64,000 nt of DNA from assembly GCA_040954595.2 (NCBI GenBank), contig CM082576.2, positions 10,605,129 to 10,669,128 of the forward strand. The letters are read 5' to 3'. Under the pieces are notes generated by a model, which made no database searches, was not told the origin of the DNA, and was given only the letters and a program-made list of their open reading frames with translations. Shown here piece after piece: positions 25,074 to 37,500 of the stretch. How positions within the stretch are numbered: the stretch's first letter is position 1; the number at the start of each line of letters is the position of its first letter. Origin of the DNA: Balanoglossus misakiensis (lineage: Eukaryota > Animalia > Hemichordata). The position numbers and the translations under genes are program-made.

Positions 25074-26315
25074 ATGGGCTGTGCTGAGAAAGAAAGAACA
25101 AAACCAGAACTGACTGAGTACAACTTGGTGAATATGGAAGTTACAACGTTAGTCAATTCCTCGTATTCGGTAGACCAGTCCGTCACCAATACGACGTCGC
25201 CTGACGAATCGGCGCGACTTCACGACGCCATCGTCGTCACGGTAAGTCAACGCAGCTTCGCCATCGCTTTCCTCGTGCTGGCTTTTTTCGTCGGCACCTT
25301 CGGCAACGCCCTGCTGTTGGCTGCGATATGGAAGTACAAAGTCCTGCGCACTTCCACCAACATCTTCATCGCCAGCCTGGGTGTCTCGGACCTGTTCATG
25401 TCCAGCGTCCTCTGCGTGTTCACCATTCTGTCGTTCGCGACCAACGGGCGCGTGTTCGGCTACGTCAACCCCGGCGACGAGGGCAACACGCTGTGCAAAA
25501 TCTACGGCTTTCTGATCCTGCAAAGTAGCTTCGCGTCCATTTCCTGCATGCTCGCCATCGCCGTCAACCGTTACCTGTGCGTGTGCCGCAATTCGATCTT
25601 CTCGCAGGTGTTCACGAAGAGGAGGAGTGTGGTCGGCGCCTTTCTCGTCCACGTCTACTCTCTGGTCGCCTCGGTCCCCCCGATCTTTGGATTCTCTCGC
25701 TACGGTTACTTGGCGAACGAGATGCTTTGCCTGTTCGACTACACCGGCGAACACGTTCACTTCTTGGTGTACTTAACCACAGTCAGTATTGCCATCCCTT
25801 TCCCGATCATCATGTTCTGCTACTTCAAGATATGCTGGACTTCTCAGAAGGTTTCCCAGACAACGGCCAACAGCCAGTCCGGTGCTAACCCAAACGCGCT
25901 GCATAGTAGAGAGTCTGCCGTGACAAAGCTCGGCTTTGTGGTTTTCGCGGCTTTTAGTATACTTCTCTTGCCTTGTGTTATATCCATGGCCGTCCACACG
26001 GACGGCGGGGGACCTTTCGGCCTTTCGACGCTGTGGTTCGCCAACAGCGCGTTGAACTCCGTCATTTTTGGCGTTATGAACCGCCAGTTACGGAAAGCCT
26101 ATCGCAAACTTTTGCGCAACTACTGCTGGCCAAGACAATCACAAACCGTCGTCCAGGTGATACGGGTTGGCGAGCTGAACACCGAGAGCCACAGAGCCTC
26201 TGCAAAAGACACTCTGCCGGTTTTAACGCCAAGGGAGTCGTGTTCGCCGCCGCAATCGTTTCAACACCCCCAGTCTTGCTCTGGGGAGAAACTGCAGCGC
26301 GTCCCCACGTGGTGA
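25074..26315 (+). CDS. Rhodopsin-like (class A) GPCR, melatonin-receptor-like, uninterrupted ORF of 413 aa
   Basis: Seven hydrophobic segments; TM1 GN, TM2 NIFIASLGVSDL, TM3 LCKIYG...IAVNRYLCVC (NRY as in melatonin receptors), ECL2 CLFD, TM5 FCYFKI, TM7 NSALNSVIFGVMNRQLRKAYRKLL; N-terminal NSS/NTT glycosylation sequons. The start could also be the second Met (MEVTT). Confidence 0.88.
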   Translation: MGCAEKERTKPELTEYNLVNMEVTTLVNSSYSVDQSVTNTTSPDESARLHDAIVVTVSQRSFAIAFLVLAFFVGTFGNALLLAAIWKYKVLRTSTNIFIASLGVSDLFMSSVLCVFTILSFATNGRVFGYVNPGDEGNTLCKIYGFLILQSSFASISCMLAIAVNRYLCVCRNSIFSQVFTKRRSVVGAFLVHVYSLVASVPPIFGFSRYGYLANEMLCLFDYTGEHVHFLVYLTTVSIAIPFPIIMFCYFKICWTSQKVSQTTANSQSGANPNALHSRESAVTKLGFVVFAAFSILLLPCVISMAVHTDGGGPFGLSTLWFANSALNSVIFGVMNRQLRKAYRKLLRNYCWPRQSQTVVQVIRVGELNTESHRASAKDTLPVLTPRESCSPPQSFQHPQSCSGEKLQRVPTW

Positions 26316-28378
26316 GTTGTTGCGTAACACTTGATAAACGTCAGATGAGCAATCTTGGTTGACTTCATACAACGAGGCAACGTACAATAGACCAGTGCAA
26401 ATTTATTTCGTGGTCATATCAAACCAGATCTCGGATTTCGACTGTGCCTGAAAAAATGTTGAAAGCTTTGATGGAACCGTCATGTTGGGGGCGATTCAAA
26501 GAAAGGATCCCGAAAACATAATTGTAGCCCATAGGTAGTCTTTTCACACGAAGATCATTACTCTCAAATCAACTCGCTGATTAAGCTAGGACGTGACAGC
26601 GAAGACGTGATCACGTGAAGAGGAAACATTACCAGGACCAATCAGCACATATTTAAGTTGATACTGAAGAAATTTATTCTGTCAAAATGTTTTTGACGGT
26701 GTACAAAAAAACAACCGTTAAGTTTGTAATAATTTCCCCACCTACAGTTGCGGTGTTCCAAGGAGCTCTCAAGATTTCCGCGCTGGAAATGACTGTCATT
26801 GACAAGGTGACCTCGCACTAATCATGCTCTGATCATGAAACAGAGCCATGGTAATCACTTTGTAAATAGAAGGTATGAGATACTCTGTTCAATCATAGTC
26901 ATGAACATGCTTCAAATATACCTGTAGGCGTTGACTGTGGCTGTCGAACTTGAAATTTAATCAGCGCGCTTTCTACTTTCATTACTAGTATTAGGCTCTC
27001 GTTTGGCATGAATACTAGACTGTACAGGATAAGTAACAATATCAATACAGGGCATTTACGAGGCATTGGCGAAGATCATATTAAAACGGCAATCACAAAA
27101 TACAAGTATCATTGCCATTTTGGCATGCGATTCAACAAGGATCCCCGGTTTCTAATTCTCATGTGGTCAAATCCAGTTCATTGTGTTTATTCTGTTCAGC
27201 CGGCCATCACCAGCAAGTACTAAACTGAAAAAAAAAATCGAGAGATTCCTTCCGCATAAACCGACGTGTAATATTGTATGTTTGAAGCTTATGATGTAGA
27301 AACTTTTAAGCACGAGGAATTGCCTCATCAAATGGTCTCAAAAAGTTACACATTGCACAGGTTGTCAAATTGGTCTGACGTTTATTCAGTCAACAAACGA
27401 GTTCCGATGGGAACTTTTTTTTACACACGTGGTGCCTTGTACTAAGACAAGATGCCAGTACACAATGTAATGTAATATTTGTCGAGAAGTTGATTCTTTG
27501 GTATACAGCTAGTTTACATTGTGAAATTGTGTTAAAAGTGCTGGAAATTTAATATATACAATATTCGAGACACTAGGGTCATTTTAATATACATAAGCTT
27601 TTAAGAAGAACAGGGAAATAAGGTAGCTCGGAAGACTTCGGGTCTTTGTTCGGAAAGTGAAATATCAGACAGAAACTGTCATTAGGAATGAAACTGTTTT
27701 AAGGTTTCAGAATGCAAAGAAGATGGGAAACAAAAAGAACGTTTCAAGGCATTTTGAACAAAAAATATTAGAGTGATTTGTGAGTTTATCATTACAGGAA
27801 CAGTTGTGGTCTTTTTATTTGAAAATGTGCGTATTATTTTACGAATAAAGATTTTAAAAAGAAATATGCTTTAAATATGCTTTGTGTGTTTTAAATATGC
27901 TTAATTTGAGGGATAGCCTTTACAAGTGGTTCGGTTTGTAGTGGATTCTAGATTTACAGATAAAAAGCCTTGAGATGTGTCTTGTATGTTGAGACATGAT
28001 CGGCCAGCTCATGATCGGCCAGCTCATTGCATGGATATTCGGTGTGTTCACTGGCTTTTAAGTACAGCGCATGCACTTTATGTAAATTTGGGAAGTTCGT
28101 ACAGAGTACAGTTCGCAATCAGAAAACCCCGGAAAAAAATATCGTTCGAGCGTATCAAACGACAAAACTATGACCATGGCCTAGCCCCAATGTAAACTCG
28201 TTTGGGAATGAATAGAAATCCATTTCGATTATGCTGAACCACACCCTGAGGCGGATGGTTCGGTTCACCATTTAATATCATGCGTCTTGCTTCGTGTTCT
28301 TCCCCAAGCAACACAATCGGCGGTAAACGAACTTTAGATCGGCCCTTTCTACCTCCATGATGCTATAGCTGACCTATT

Positions 28379-28477
28379 AATTATTGTAGCCTTGGTGGGT
28401 TGGTTGATCGCTGACGGGCCCACCTGCGATCAAGCTCCCCGTCAGCTATCAACCAACCCACCAAGGCTACAATAATT
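28379..28477. repeat. Near-perfect 40-bp inverted repeat with 19-nt loop
   Basis: AATTATTGTAGCCTTGGTGGGTTGGTTGATCGCTGACGGG (28379-28418) versus CCCGTCAGCTATCAACCAACCCACCAAGGCTACAATAATT (28438-28477), one mismatch. Confidence 0.9.
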
Positions 28478-29377
28478 GCAGCTATAGCTGACCATGAGCT
28501 GACGTAGCCATGAGGTGGGTTGGGTGTGTGTGTGTGTGTGGGTGGGGGGGGGGGCGTTTGATTTTTTTTTTCGCACAATCAATACCGGGAATCAATATCA
28601 CTTATACTTGTTGACTATCTTGAAACATCAATCCGACAGTTCATGACCAACCTTTCCGTTTGCAAGAATTGCATCGCTCTGGGCGCAAATTCTCAGTTTT
28701 CATCTGTGACGTGTCTTCTTGAGTACCGCATCAAGAAAGGTGCGAATCCTTTTGTTCAACAAAAGTCTGGTCAGTAAATAAAATAACAAGAAACCATTTG
28801 AACGAAAAAAGTGGTTCGAGATTGAATTGGAGATGTAGGAGAAGGTGCATTTCAGCTGGCGGGGAAATAAAATTATTCCACAAAGTTTGAAATATTGCAT
28901 CTGCCAGAAAAACAACGGTACCTATTGAGAAGCATTACACTACCGTTGACGCGTGTGTTTTCCACGGCAGCATTTGTGCTGGATTATCTAGTCTATACTA
29001 TATTCACCCGACTTTAAAAAAAAAGGTATGAAACATAATCACTTTTGCTATAGACAATTCTACAATGATAGTTCAATGTACGTGCATTTATATCTAAAGG
29101 GGACAACCATGATGCACACAACCCGTTTTAATTAAGAAATATTCTTCTCGGGCAAAATGTTGTGGATCAGCCATTGGACGATGAACTGAGGACTCGACCC
29201 AGATGGAACAAATGATCAGTCACACAGTCAAGGCCGCAGTGACTCCAATCTGATTAAAATAAGATGTAGAGTTTTGCACTGAGCGCTGTCTCTGGCTGTT
29301 CTCGGTGTATGCGCCACACTACGCGCAGTAGTCAGTGTGGGCGTCCTTTCCGAACCGAACAGCCAAGAATCGACAAA

Positions 29378-29520
29378 TTAAAGGTATAGGCCTACGGTGT
29401 CACCTATGGAAAATTAGCAATAGTTACCATGGAAAATTGAGATCTAGCCAATCACAGATTACCAGAACGGTCAAATACCCCATTTCACCATATATGGCCG
29501 TATGTAAATTGGACGTGACT
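29378..29520 (+). mobile_element. Internally deleted, diverged copy of the TTAA MITE
   Basis: TTAAAGGTATA...TCACCTAT...AGTTACCATGGAAAATTGAGATCTAGCCAATCACAGATT...CCATTTCACCATATATGGCCGTATGTAAATTGGA. Confidence 0.75.
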
Positions 29521-30717
29521 CTACGCGCCCGACATTGGCAGTGACTCCGTCTGAGCGTGAAGGTTGCCGCCACACAAGTGCACGCTTTGCCGGTTGCTTA
29601 CATGCATATTACACCGAAAATCGTTCGTCACAAATCCGAAATACATGAAATTTTATCTTTGTGAAGCCTGTTGCTTCAAGGAGTTAACAACTTTATGATG
29701 TAAAAACCCACACGTTTTATCGAAGGTGTCACTGGAAAAGGGTACATGTATATGGGAAACGTTATAGAAAACAGTGCACCGACTGCAATATTAGACGGAC
29801 AGTTGAATTTTTCATAGATCTGAGCACGTTCTCAGTCTCGTGATGTTATAAGCATATTCCTGCGATACGTTGACATCGACACACTATAAGCAAATATGTC
29901 TATTTTCAGCAAAAATATATCAAATCAAAATACACATGGTTCACTGACTGTAACATGACTAAGAAAACCACTGAAAACCAAGTCCACGTAGACGCAAAAC
30001 AAAATGTCTTTACTTTAGCCTGAGTAGCGAGAGCCCGAAAATAGAAAGAGCTGCACTCTTAATGTCACGAATCAGAACAACATTTAACGTTCGATCTCAA
30101 CATTCTCGGCAGATTTGCTGAACTTCCTATTTAATTTTTAAAAATGCGTAAGGCCTATAGAATTACAATCTCACATACTTTATTGCTGAGTCTTTTATTA
30201 CAAAAGAAAAAATGCATACGAAATTCAAAAAATAAAAACAATGTGTCAAGTTCATTTATTCTGGCCAGGTGACCCTCTCTAAGAACAAAAGTATAAAAAA
30301 CATAGGAAACCGAAAAAGGCAGACATTTTCACGGTCGCCTGGCAACAATATGCATACGTTATACTTCGTTATTCTCCCCAATATGCCTATCAATTGGTGA
30401 GGCCTTCACCTAAATCAATGTTCTGAATTCGAAAACAGGACATGCCTGATCAGAAAAAAAACTGATATAAGCTACTTCTAGGCCAACGATATTAGCCATG
30501 ATCAGCTGAGGGTAATGTTGTCACGAACTCAACCATTAGGACCACTAAAGAAGTAGCCTACATGTAATTGAAAATGCCTCGGGGACACTGGATTTTCAGA
30601 AACCTTTCAAATCTTTGCTACATTAAAGTGGATTGTATCCTCAATTTGAACTTAATTTGCCTTGAATGAAAGATGAGAACAAGTTTCATACTTTGATTTT
30701 CAAGGCGCACATAACCC

Positions 30718-30772
30718 TAAAGGTATACGATCATCTGTGCAAATGTTTAACCATTGTTACCATGGAAAATAC
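30718..30772 (+). mobile_element. 5' fragment of the TTAA MITE upstream of ANAPC1
   Basis: TAAAGGTATACGATCATCT...GTTACCATGGAAAAT. Confidence 0.55.
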
Positions 30773-30859
30773 CGCTAACAAGGGCGTGTCGTCTGCTACG
30801 ACCTTCCCATGATTCATTGAATGCGCAACGACCTGCGCACGTTAGAAAACTTAGCTCAG

Positions 30860-31553
30860 CGCGAAATATGGCCGACATATGAAAGGTGATCAGTGATCAA
30901 TACGGACATCTAATCTCAGTTGCATGTGCCAGTACTGGTTGGTACTTGGCAGGTGTAAAAAGCTTTCATCACAATCCTCAAAGGTAAGGTGTAACAGATG
31001 TTGACGGCGGCGGAGGCGTAAATTTTCGATTTGCCATGTGTATCACGGTTTATAACTGTGTGTGAATATATGGCCCAGATTCCGTACGGACGAAAATTTC
31101 ATCCCTTCATCATTCAAAGTCATGTAATGTAATAGAGGGACTGTGACTGAACCATCACCAAATATCTGCGTTTCTTTTTGGTATGTATTTACTAGCAGCT
31201 GGAAATTGTAGTTTTTTTCTTCGTCAAAACATCTGGGAAGGATCGTGATCAAGGCTACATTTCAAACTCGGGATACATTCATTTTGAGGATCTGGTCTTG
31301 AGAAACCTCTCGTCAAATTACATTGCATCTCTCCCAATCGGAGAATTCTCCCTCATCCCACGTCCCGATGGGGGATGACTGTTGCCAGAATAGTGCATGT
31401 TATAGCCAGATTTTGTTGTCATCAAAACATGGTGCATCCTACTGTAACTTTCATGATGTACCTTCCTAAACACCACTGTCCACAGATCTTTGGTTCTTTG
31501 AGTGAAGATTTAAGCCGCCAACGCCAGTCAAACTGGAGCAGGACAAAGATAGT
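30860..31553 (+). promoter_or_regulatory. Putative ANAPC1 promoter, non-coding exon and 5'UTR intron
   Basis: Donor AAG|GTAAGG at 30983/30984 and acceptor cacag| at 31485/31486 upstream of the ATG. The start coordinate is approximate. Confidence 0.45.
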
Positions 31554-34500
31554 ATGATTGCTGCAGCTGAGCCCCAGGAGTTTGTTCCCCACGGTCGGGA
31601 ACATTGCGAGTTACATCCTGGCCCTGTGCAGCAACACACATCTCAGTACCATCACCACCTGACAGCCAGGGTTGATCCAGACATTCCCATCTTTGCCTTC
31701 AAGGATGTAGCCATCAAAGACAAGGTACGGTCGTTTAGTAAATTTTATAAATGCATATTTCTTGAATTACCGTACATTCGTTATAGTTTTTCATCAGTAC
31801 AACCACAGTCCCTCTATCACTGACTGTGGTACAACAGTGTTGTACATGCCATATTACATGTTGTTATTCCTCGACTCCCAGAAGGAATTTTGGCATCTCC
31901 GAGGGAAGGCTGAGGACAGTTCAGACTTCGACGAGGAATTATACATAGCAGGGAACACAGTGGTTTGGAGCAAAGGATGCCAGGCCAGCTGCAAAGTGAC
32001 ACACAAGTCCTTCACTGTGACTTCACCAGTGACCGAGGTATGAGCCCGTTTGTTTCTGTGGTAATAGTAGTCACAGTACAATACTACATGCCATATTACA
32101 AATGATCCCCAAACAATTTCTTTCACGTTCTGGGTTTCATTCTCACTACCCACCTGGATAGTGCCCTTTGAGCAGTATACATGTATACCACCCTTTGATC
32201 ATGTCAAACGTCGCATTCTGATTCTTACTCCTCTTCAAATTCCAGGCGTTTTGGTGTAATTTCAATGCTGCCAGTGGTAAACCAGACCTTGTTCATGAGG
32301 ACAAAGACCAGAATGGTAATTTTAAACCAGATTTTGCCAAGAAACAGATGAGCAGCTCAAATGGGAGGGAACAAATATATTAAGACAGTTTTTGCTTTCA
32401 GTTTTGAAAAAAAAATCAAAACCTTTCTGTACTTTGACAATCTGAAAGAAAGCAGTATATCGTTATAGAACTATCTCAACAAACCTTATTCTCGTCTGCT
32501 TTTGTTTACAGTTGAGCTTGTACAGAGTGTCTGTGTAGTGCACGGTGCATCGTTGAGTGTGTTCACGTCAAAAGGAGAAGAACATGTTGTAACTCTGCCC
32601 TTTCAGGTGAGTTTCAGTGACATGTTGAACTGCCCAGTGATGTATGCAGTGTTCTATCCTGGTTGACACTGTCAAGAGGGAGGGGAGGTATGTACAGGTG
32701 CCTCAGAATGCTACCTGCAACTGAAATGGACTACCATACACCAATTTCTGTTTTGTTTTTCCTTTATAATACAGGTTTCTAATGCTTGGGTGATGGAGCA
32801 TGGCATACTCTTTGAGAGATCATCTGGAGAAAGTGAAATGACAAGTGATTATAAAAAGTAAGGTTTTTGTCCAACAAAATTTGTTGACTGGTTGACCAGC
32901 AGATCTTGCGCAAACTGACATTACAAATTCCAAAAGTACTCTGAGCAAAAATACACCCCAGGCTACATACTCTGTTTCTACAACTACATGTACTGAGATA
33001 AGACTATTATTTGGCAGAATACAGTACATGTAACTTTATCATTCTCCACACAGGAATGCAGAAATACTGCCTGTTTTATTCAGTCTATTACACCCATTGG
33101 ACGAGCCTGCTCCAGTGATTTGTAAATACGGAGGTGAGTGTGAATCTTTAATTTGCCAAGCCACGGCCGTTGATGTGATCATACTTTTCATTTCCGGTGT
33201 TTATCATACATTTTTAAAGAAGGATTTATCTAGTCACAGAAAGATAAATTCACAGGGTACCACTCTCAATAGTTCATTTGGAAATATTCTGTTCAAACGA
33301 TCGAGCATTGGCTGTATAAAGATGTGAAGGTTCTTTTTTTCCTTTACATGTAGCTATGTATTTGATAAAGCACCTACATGTATGTACATGTTCACCTTCA
33401 ACAGGTGGTGTTAGTAGAATAAACTACATGACAGACCAGTCCCAGCACATTGTGTTTACCAGCACCAAACCAGCCCTTGTGTTGACCTACGATGATATGC
33501 TGGGCTCTCATACAATCTGGAGAATAAGAAAAGCCACGTTAGAGGTGAGACAGTTACAATTATATGTCAAATCTGAAAAAGGAAAATAGATTTACGACCA
33601 GGAAAGTCTTATGATTTTACTCAAGAACATTTTGGATGCGTTCGTTTTATTGACTTTGCACCCTTTTTCTGTACCCAAGACTTCATTCATCTTGTAAATT
33701 AGTTACTTTTATTTAATTTATTGAACTGCATCTCTAATTGCAGGAAGGCTATAATGCCTCTGGGCTGAGTGGCACTGCAGGCTACATCAGCCACACTCCA
33801 AACACGACACAGTTTCCGAGCTCCAGTTCCAGTTTGCTGCCAAGTTTTGTGGTCAGCAGCTCCCACTCCAACCTGAGTCTGTCGTGCCACTCACCAAACA
33901 GATCGTCGCCCTACAGGAGTCATCACTCCAGCAGAGTGGCCTCGCCCACTGCCAGGATTCTCAGCCCAGCCATTACCCACATGGCTGCTCTAAGGTTTGT
34001 GTCTATGTTCATCTGTTCATTTTGGTCTCTGTTAACATGCTTCTTTCTTCAACCTTGTTAAGCAGCTGTGATTTATGGTTTTGGAGTAGCATTATAACAT
34101 GAATTCTTTTGAAAAGTCAAATGGTTCTGTTGATACCTCCTCTTAGCCAAGCCACTTCTGAAGTCACACCCTATGTTTGCTGAATAACTTGTGTGTTGCT
34201 CTTACACTCGTAATGTGGTTAGAGTCCAACTGCCTGTATTGCACTCTCAATTAAATTAAATTACACGTTCACATTTGGGAATGTTTTCCTTGCAGTCGTT
34301 CCCAGTCACCTTCGTTTCACCACATCAGTGGCAGCGGCATCTGTCTGTCACCTGGGCTGAGATCACCCACTGTCAGTCGATCGCCCGTGGTGTCTTTCTC
34401 CACCTCTGTGATAACGAACGACAGCGGCTGTATCGACATCGTGGAGCCTCTAGCACCCGAAGTGTGCCTGGATCATGTCTGGACGGAAACCACATCGAGT

Positions 34501-37500
34501 CAGTGGTCAGTCTTGTTTGTATATTACTACTGTTGAATGTACAGATATGTAAGAGTACATGTAATGTACATGTACAGTGTGTTTCTTTGTAAGATACTAG
34601 TTTACAATGTATGTTCAATGGCAATGTGTAAAGACCCTGAACAAACAAAATACACCATCACTGGTCTTGCAGAGATTTCTGGTAAACTGTGATTACTGTC
34701 ATAGTGTACATTAATTGAAGAGGGGGTGTTCACTATCCAAAAGTGAAATATTGTTCTTATAATACATGTATCGAAATTTGATTAAAAGAAGTGGCAGTTG
34801 TAAGTGTGTGACCGGGACATATTGTCTTTCAGTGAAGGGCCACAGTACAAAGCTTCTAAGGCGTTCTTGACCACCGACATGTGCGGGCAGAGATTTCTGT
34901 GCTTCATGGTGGAGAGCTGCCGAGAGTTGCGCTGTGTCAAGTACAGCGAGAGCAATGACAGGAAGCAGCTGATATTCGGCACCACTACAGTCATACAGGC
35001 CAAAGACGTCTTATCCTTGGATGTGAGTAGGAGTTTTTTAGATTGTTATGTGCTGTGGCGTGATTGTGACGTGGTGCGAATCAATTTTAGACGTTGAAAA
35101 TTAGAGTGATTTCAGTACTTTATTAGGTAGGTATAATGAAACTTTTTCTTGCATCAGAGAGAGAAAGCCTGAGTCAGTTATACACTTAAAGGTATACGGT
35201 CACCTATACAAATTTAGCCACAGTTACCATGGTAAATTGAGATCTAACCAATCACAGATTTTCAGTGGGTGGCACACGCGAAAATAAAGCGTTCTTTAGA
35301 ACACTCAAATACGCCATTTCAACTATATATGGCGATATGTAAATTGGAGGTGACCGTATACCTTTAATAATGAGTTCATACTGCGCCTCCTAAATATCAG
35401 ATTTCTTCTACTTTCTGCAGAAATTAAATATGATATTGACGATTGATCTCAACGGAAGTCTTGTTCTATACAGCGGTGTGGTTAAGGTAAGTCACTTTGG
35501 ATGGGTTGTGGAAAACTTCTTTATCCATAAATCTTAGATATACAGAATGTTCTATTGGTATAGTCCAGCTGTTCTTATTCCTCACCACAGTATGTATTGA
35601 CTTCAAGAAAATCGTTGACTGTGCGTTGCATATGCCCCTTTAATGTTTTCCTTGCCGTATTCCAGGTCAGTAAGGTTCATGTGCCCTTTGTGCCGGCATC
35701 ACTGTCCTTGACCATGTCGGGTTCATTGCCACGCCCGAGTACGCCGCTGGATAGTCCAAGATTTCCCACCGCATCCAGTCGACCTTCCAGTGCTATGGGC
35801 GCCGTCATTGACGAAGTAAGTTGCCATTTACCACCAGGCCACGTTCTGAGGACTGGAAAACTAGTACTGTACTGGGCAACTGAATTTTGATTGAGTCTAC
35901 TGGTCTGATTAATGGGAAAGCCTTGTTTTGTATTTGATCATTTAGAATCAGTCTATCATATGCAGAAAGTACCGTAGATAACTATTTAAATCATGGGGTA
36001 TATCTGTGTAAAAGTTCTCAATAATGTATAAATGATCAGGAAGTGTTTTACCAGTTTCTGTGCATAGATTGTCATTGAGCAGACACTCCTGATTATTGTT
36101 CATATTTTATAGTTTGTCTATCATGCTCATACTGAATTGTGAACTTCACAGCATTTGTTCTTATCCCAGTGTCCACCGTCTCTCCGAACATCTGACATTG
36201 TCTTTCCTGTAAACTAAGTTGCATCGATTTTCTACTGATTGGTGTACAGGTTGTATTGCTCTCTCCAGTGCCGACAGAGTTCGGTGACTCCTCCAAATTG
36301 CAAGACTCGGCACCACCTTTCTTGGACGACTATACTTTCAACAGTGCCTCTCACGTCGTTGCACTCCGAGATCCTGTAGCGACTCGATTTACCCTGGTGA
36401 GTGGCTAGAAATTTGCTTCAGTCAGTATAGGTGATATTTTTTATATGACACTGACCTATGAAAATGTAAAATGCAGGTATTGGCTGGATCTGTCCATCCA
36501 TTAACGGTAACCACATTTAAACCCGACATTTCTAAAACTTATTTTTTCACACAGGAGTTGGGTAATGGTAACCTGTACAGATCAGCATTACCAGAAATGT
36601 GCTCTTCTCCTCTAGGTAAGAACAGTTCTGATTTTATGTGAGTGTGTATGACAGTGCATACATTGTACCTAACCTCTATAAATTTTCAGTGGACTTCATT
36701 TTCCTTTAAAAAAATCAGAGGTGTAGTTGGCCTCTCACGAGCTCATCTGCAATTTCAAAGAAAGGGATTTGGTGTTACTGTAGTGTGACATCACATAATA
36801 CGCTGTTCGAGCAAAGTCGGTTCACTGTGTTAGTTTTCGAGTAAAAAGAATTAACAAGCAAACACATTTTATGATAATATCTCTCACATGCTGTAATGTG
36901 TGATATATACCGGTATGATAAATATAGGCTGTAGTGAAATTTCATCTCTGACAAAATATGTTACCATTTGTCTTTCAGTCAAATACTGCCTCAAAGCTCT
37001 CAAGTACATGCTGCCAAAAGATGTAGCCATCCAGCTGATGGTGAGGTGGTATTCTACTAACAATGCCCCGGGTGGGCCAACCAGCCGATCAGAGTGGCAG
37101 AAATTCATGGTGTGTCTGCTGGCTATGATGGGATACGATGTCTCCAAGGTTTATCAAGCCAAACTGGTAAGGAGTGGAAAATCTTTTACCTTGAAAAGCT
37201 TTGTAAGTCTTGTTTTGGCCGAGTGCTATGAGTTAGTGAACTTGGTTTTGGAAAAAGCACTGATTTGGGTTCAACAAGTGGTCACTACTACAGAAATGCC
37301 AACATCCAGAAATACATGTATGAGCTTTTAAATTCATTCACTGATTGTCTTTGAGTTTCTTGTATGTCGCAACAAATCATGGTTGCATTTCATCTCTTGA
37401 TTCCTGAACTTTGTATCTCGACAGTTTGACTTGGATGGGTCCCTGTCGCCGGTTGCACCAAAGATACACAAGACGTCAGGTTCTAACGAGGTGAGTGCGG

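Noticed and set aside
26020-26075. GPCR as an opsin
   Set aside because: No Lys at the retinal-binding position in TM7 (LWFANSALN).
25149-26362. Overlapping and antisense ORFs (203 aa, 129 aa, 103 aa) within the GPCR
   Set aside because: Expected shadow ORFs of a GC3-rich coding sequence; no recognisable motifs.
27995-28027. 15-bp tandem duplication CATGATCGGCCAGCT
   Set aside because: Simple slippage duplication with no further structure.
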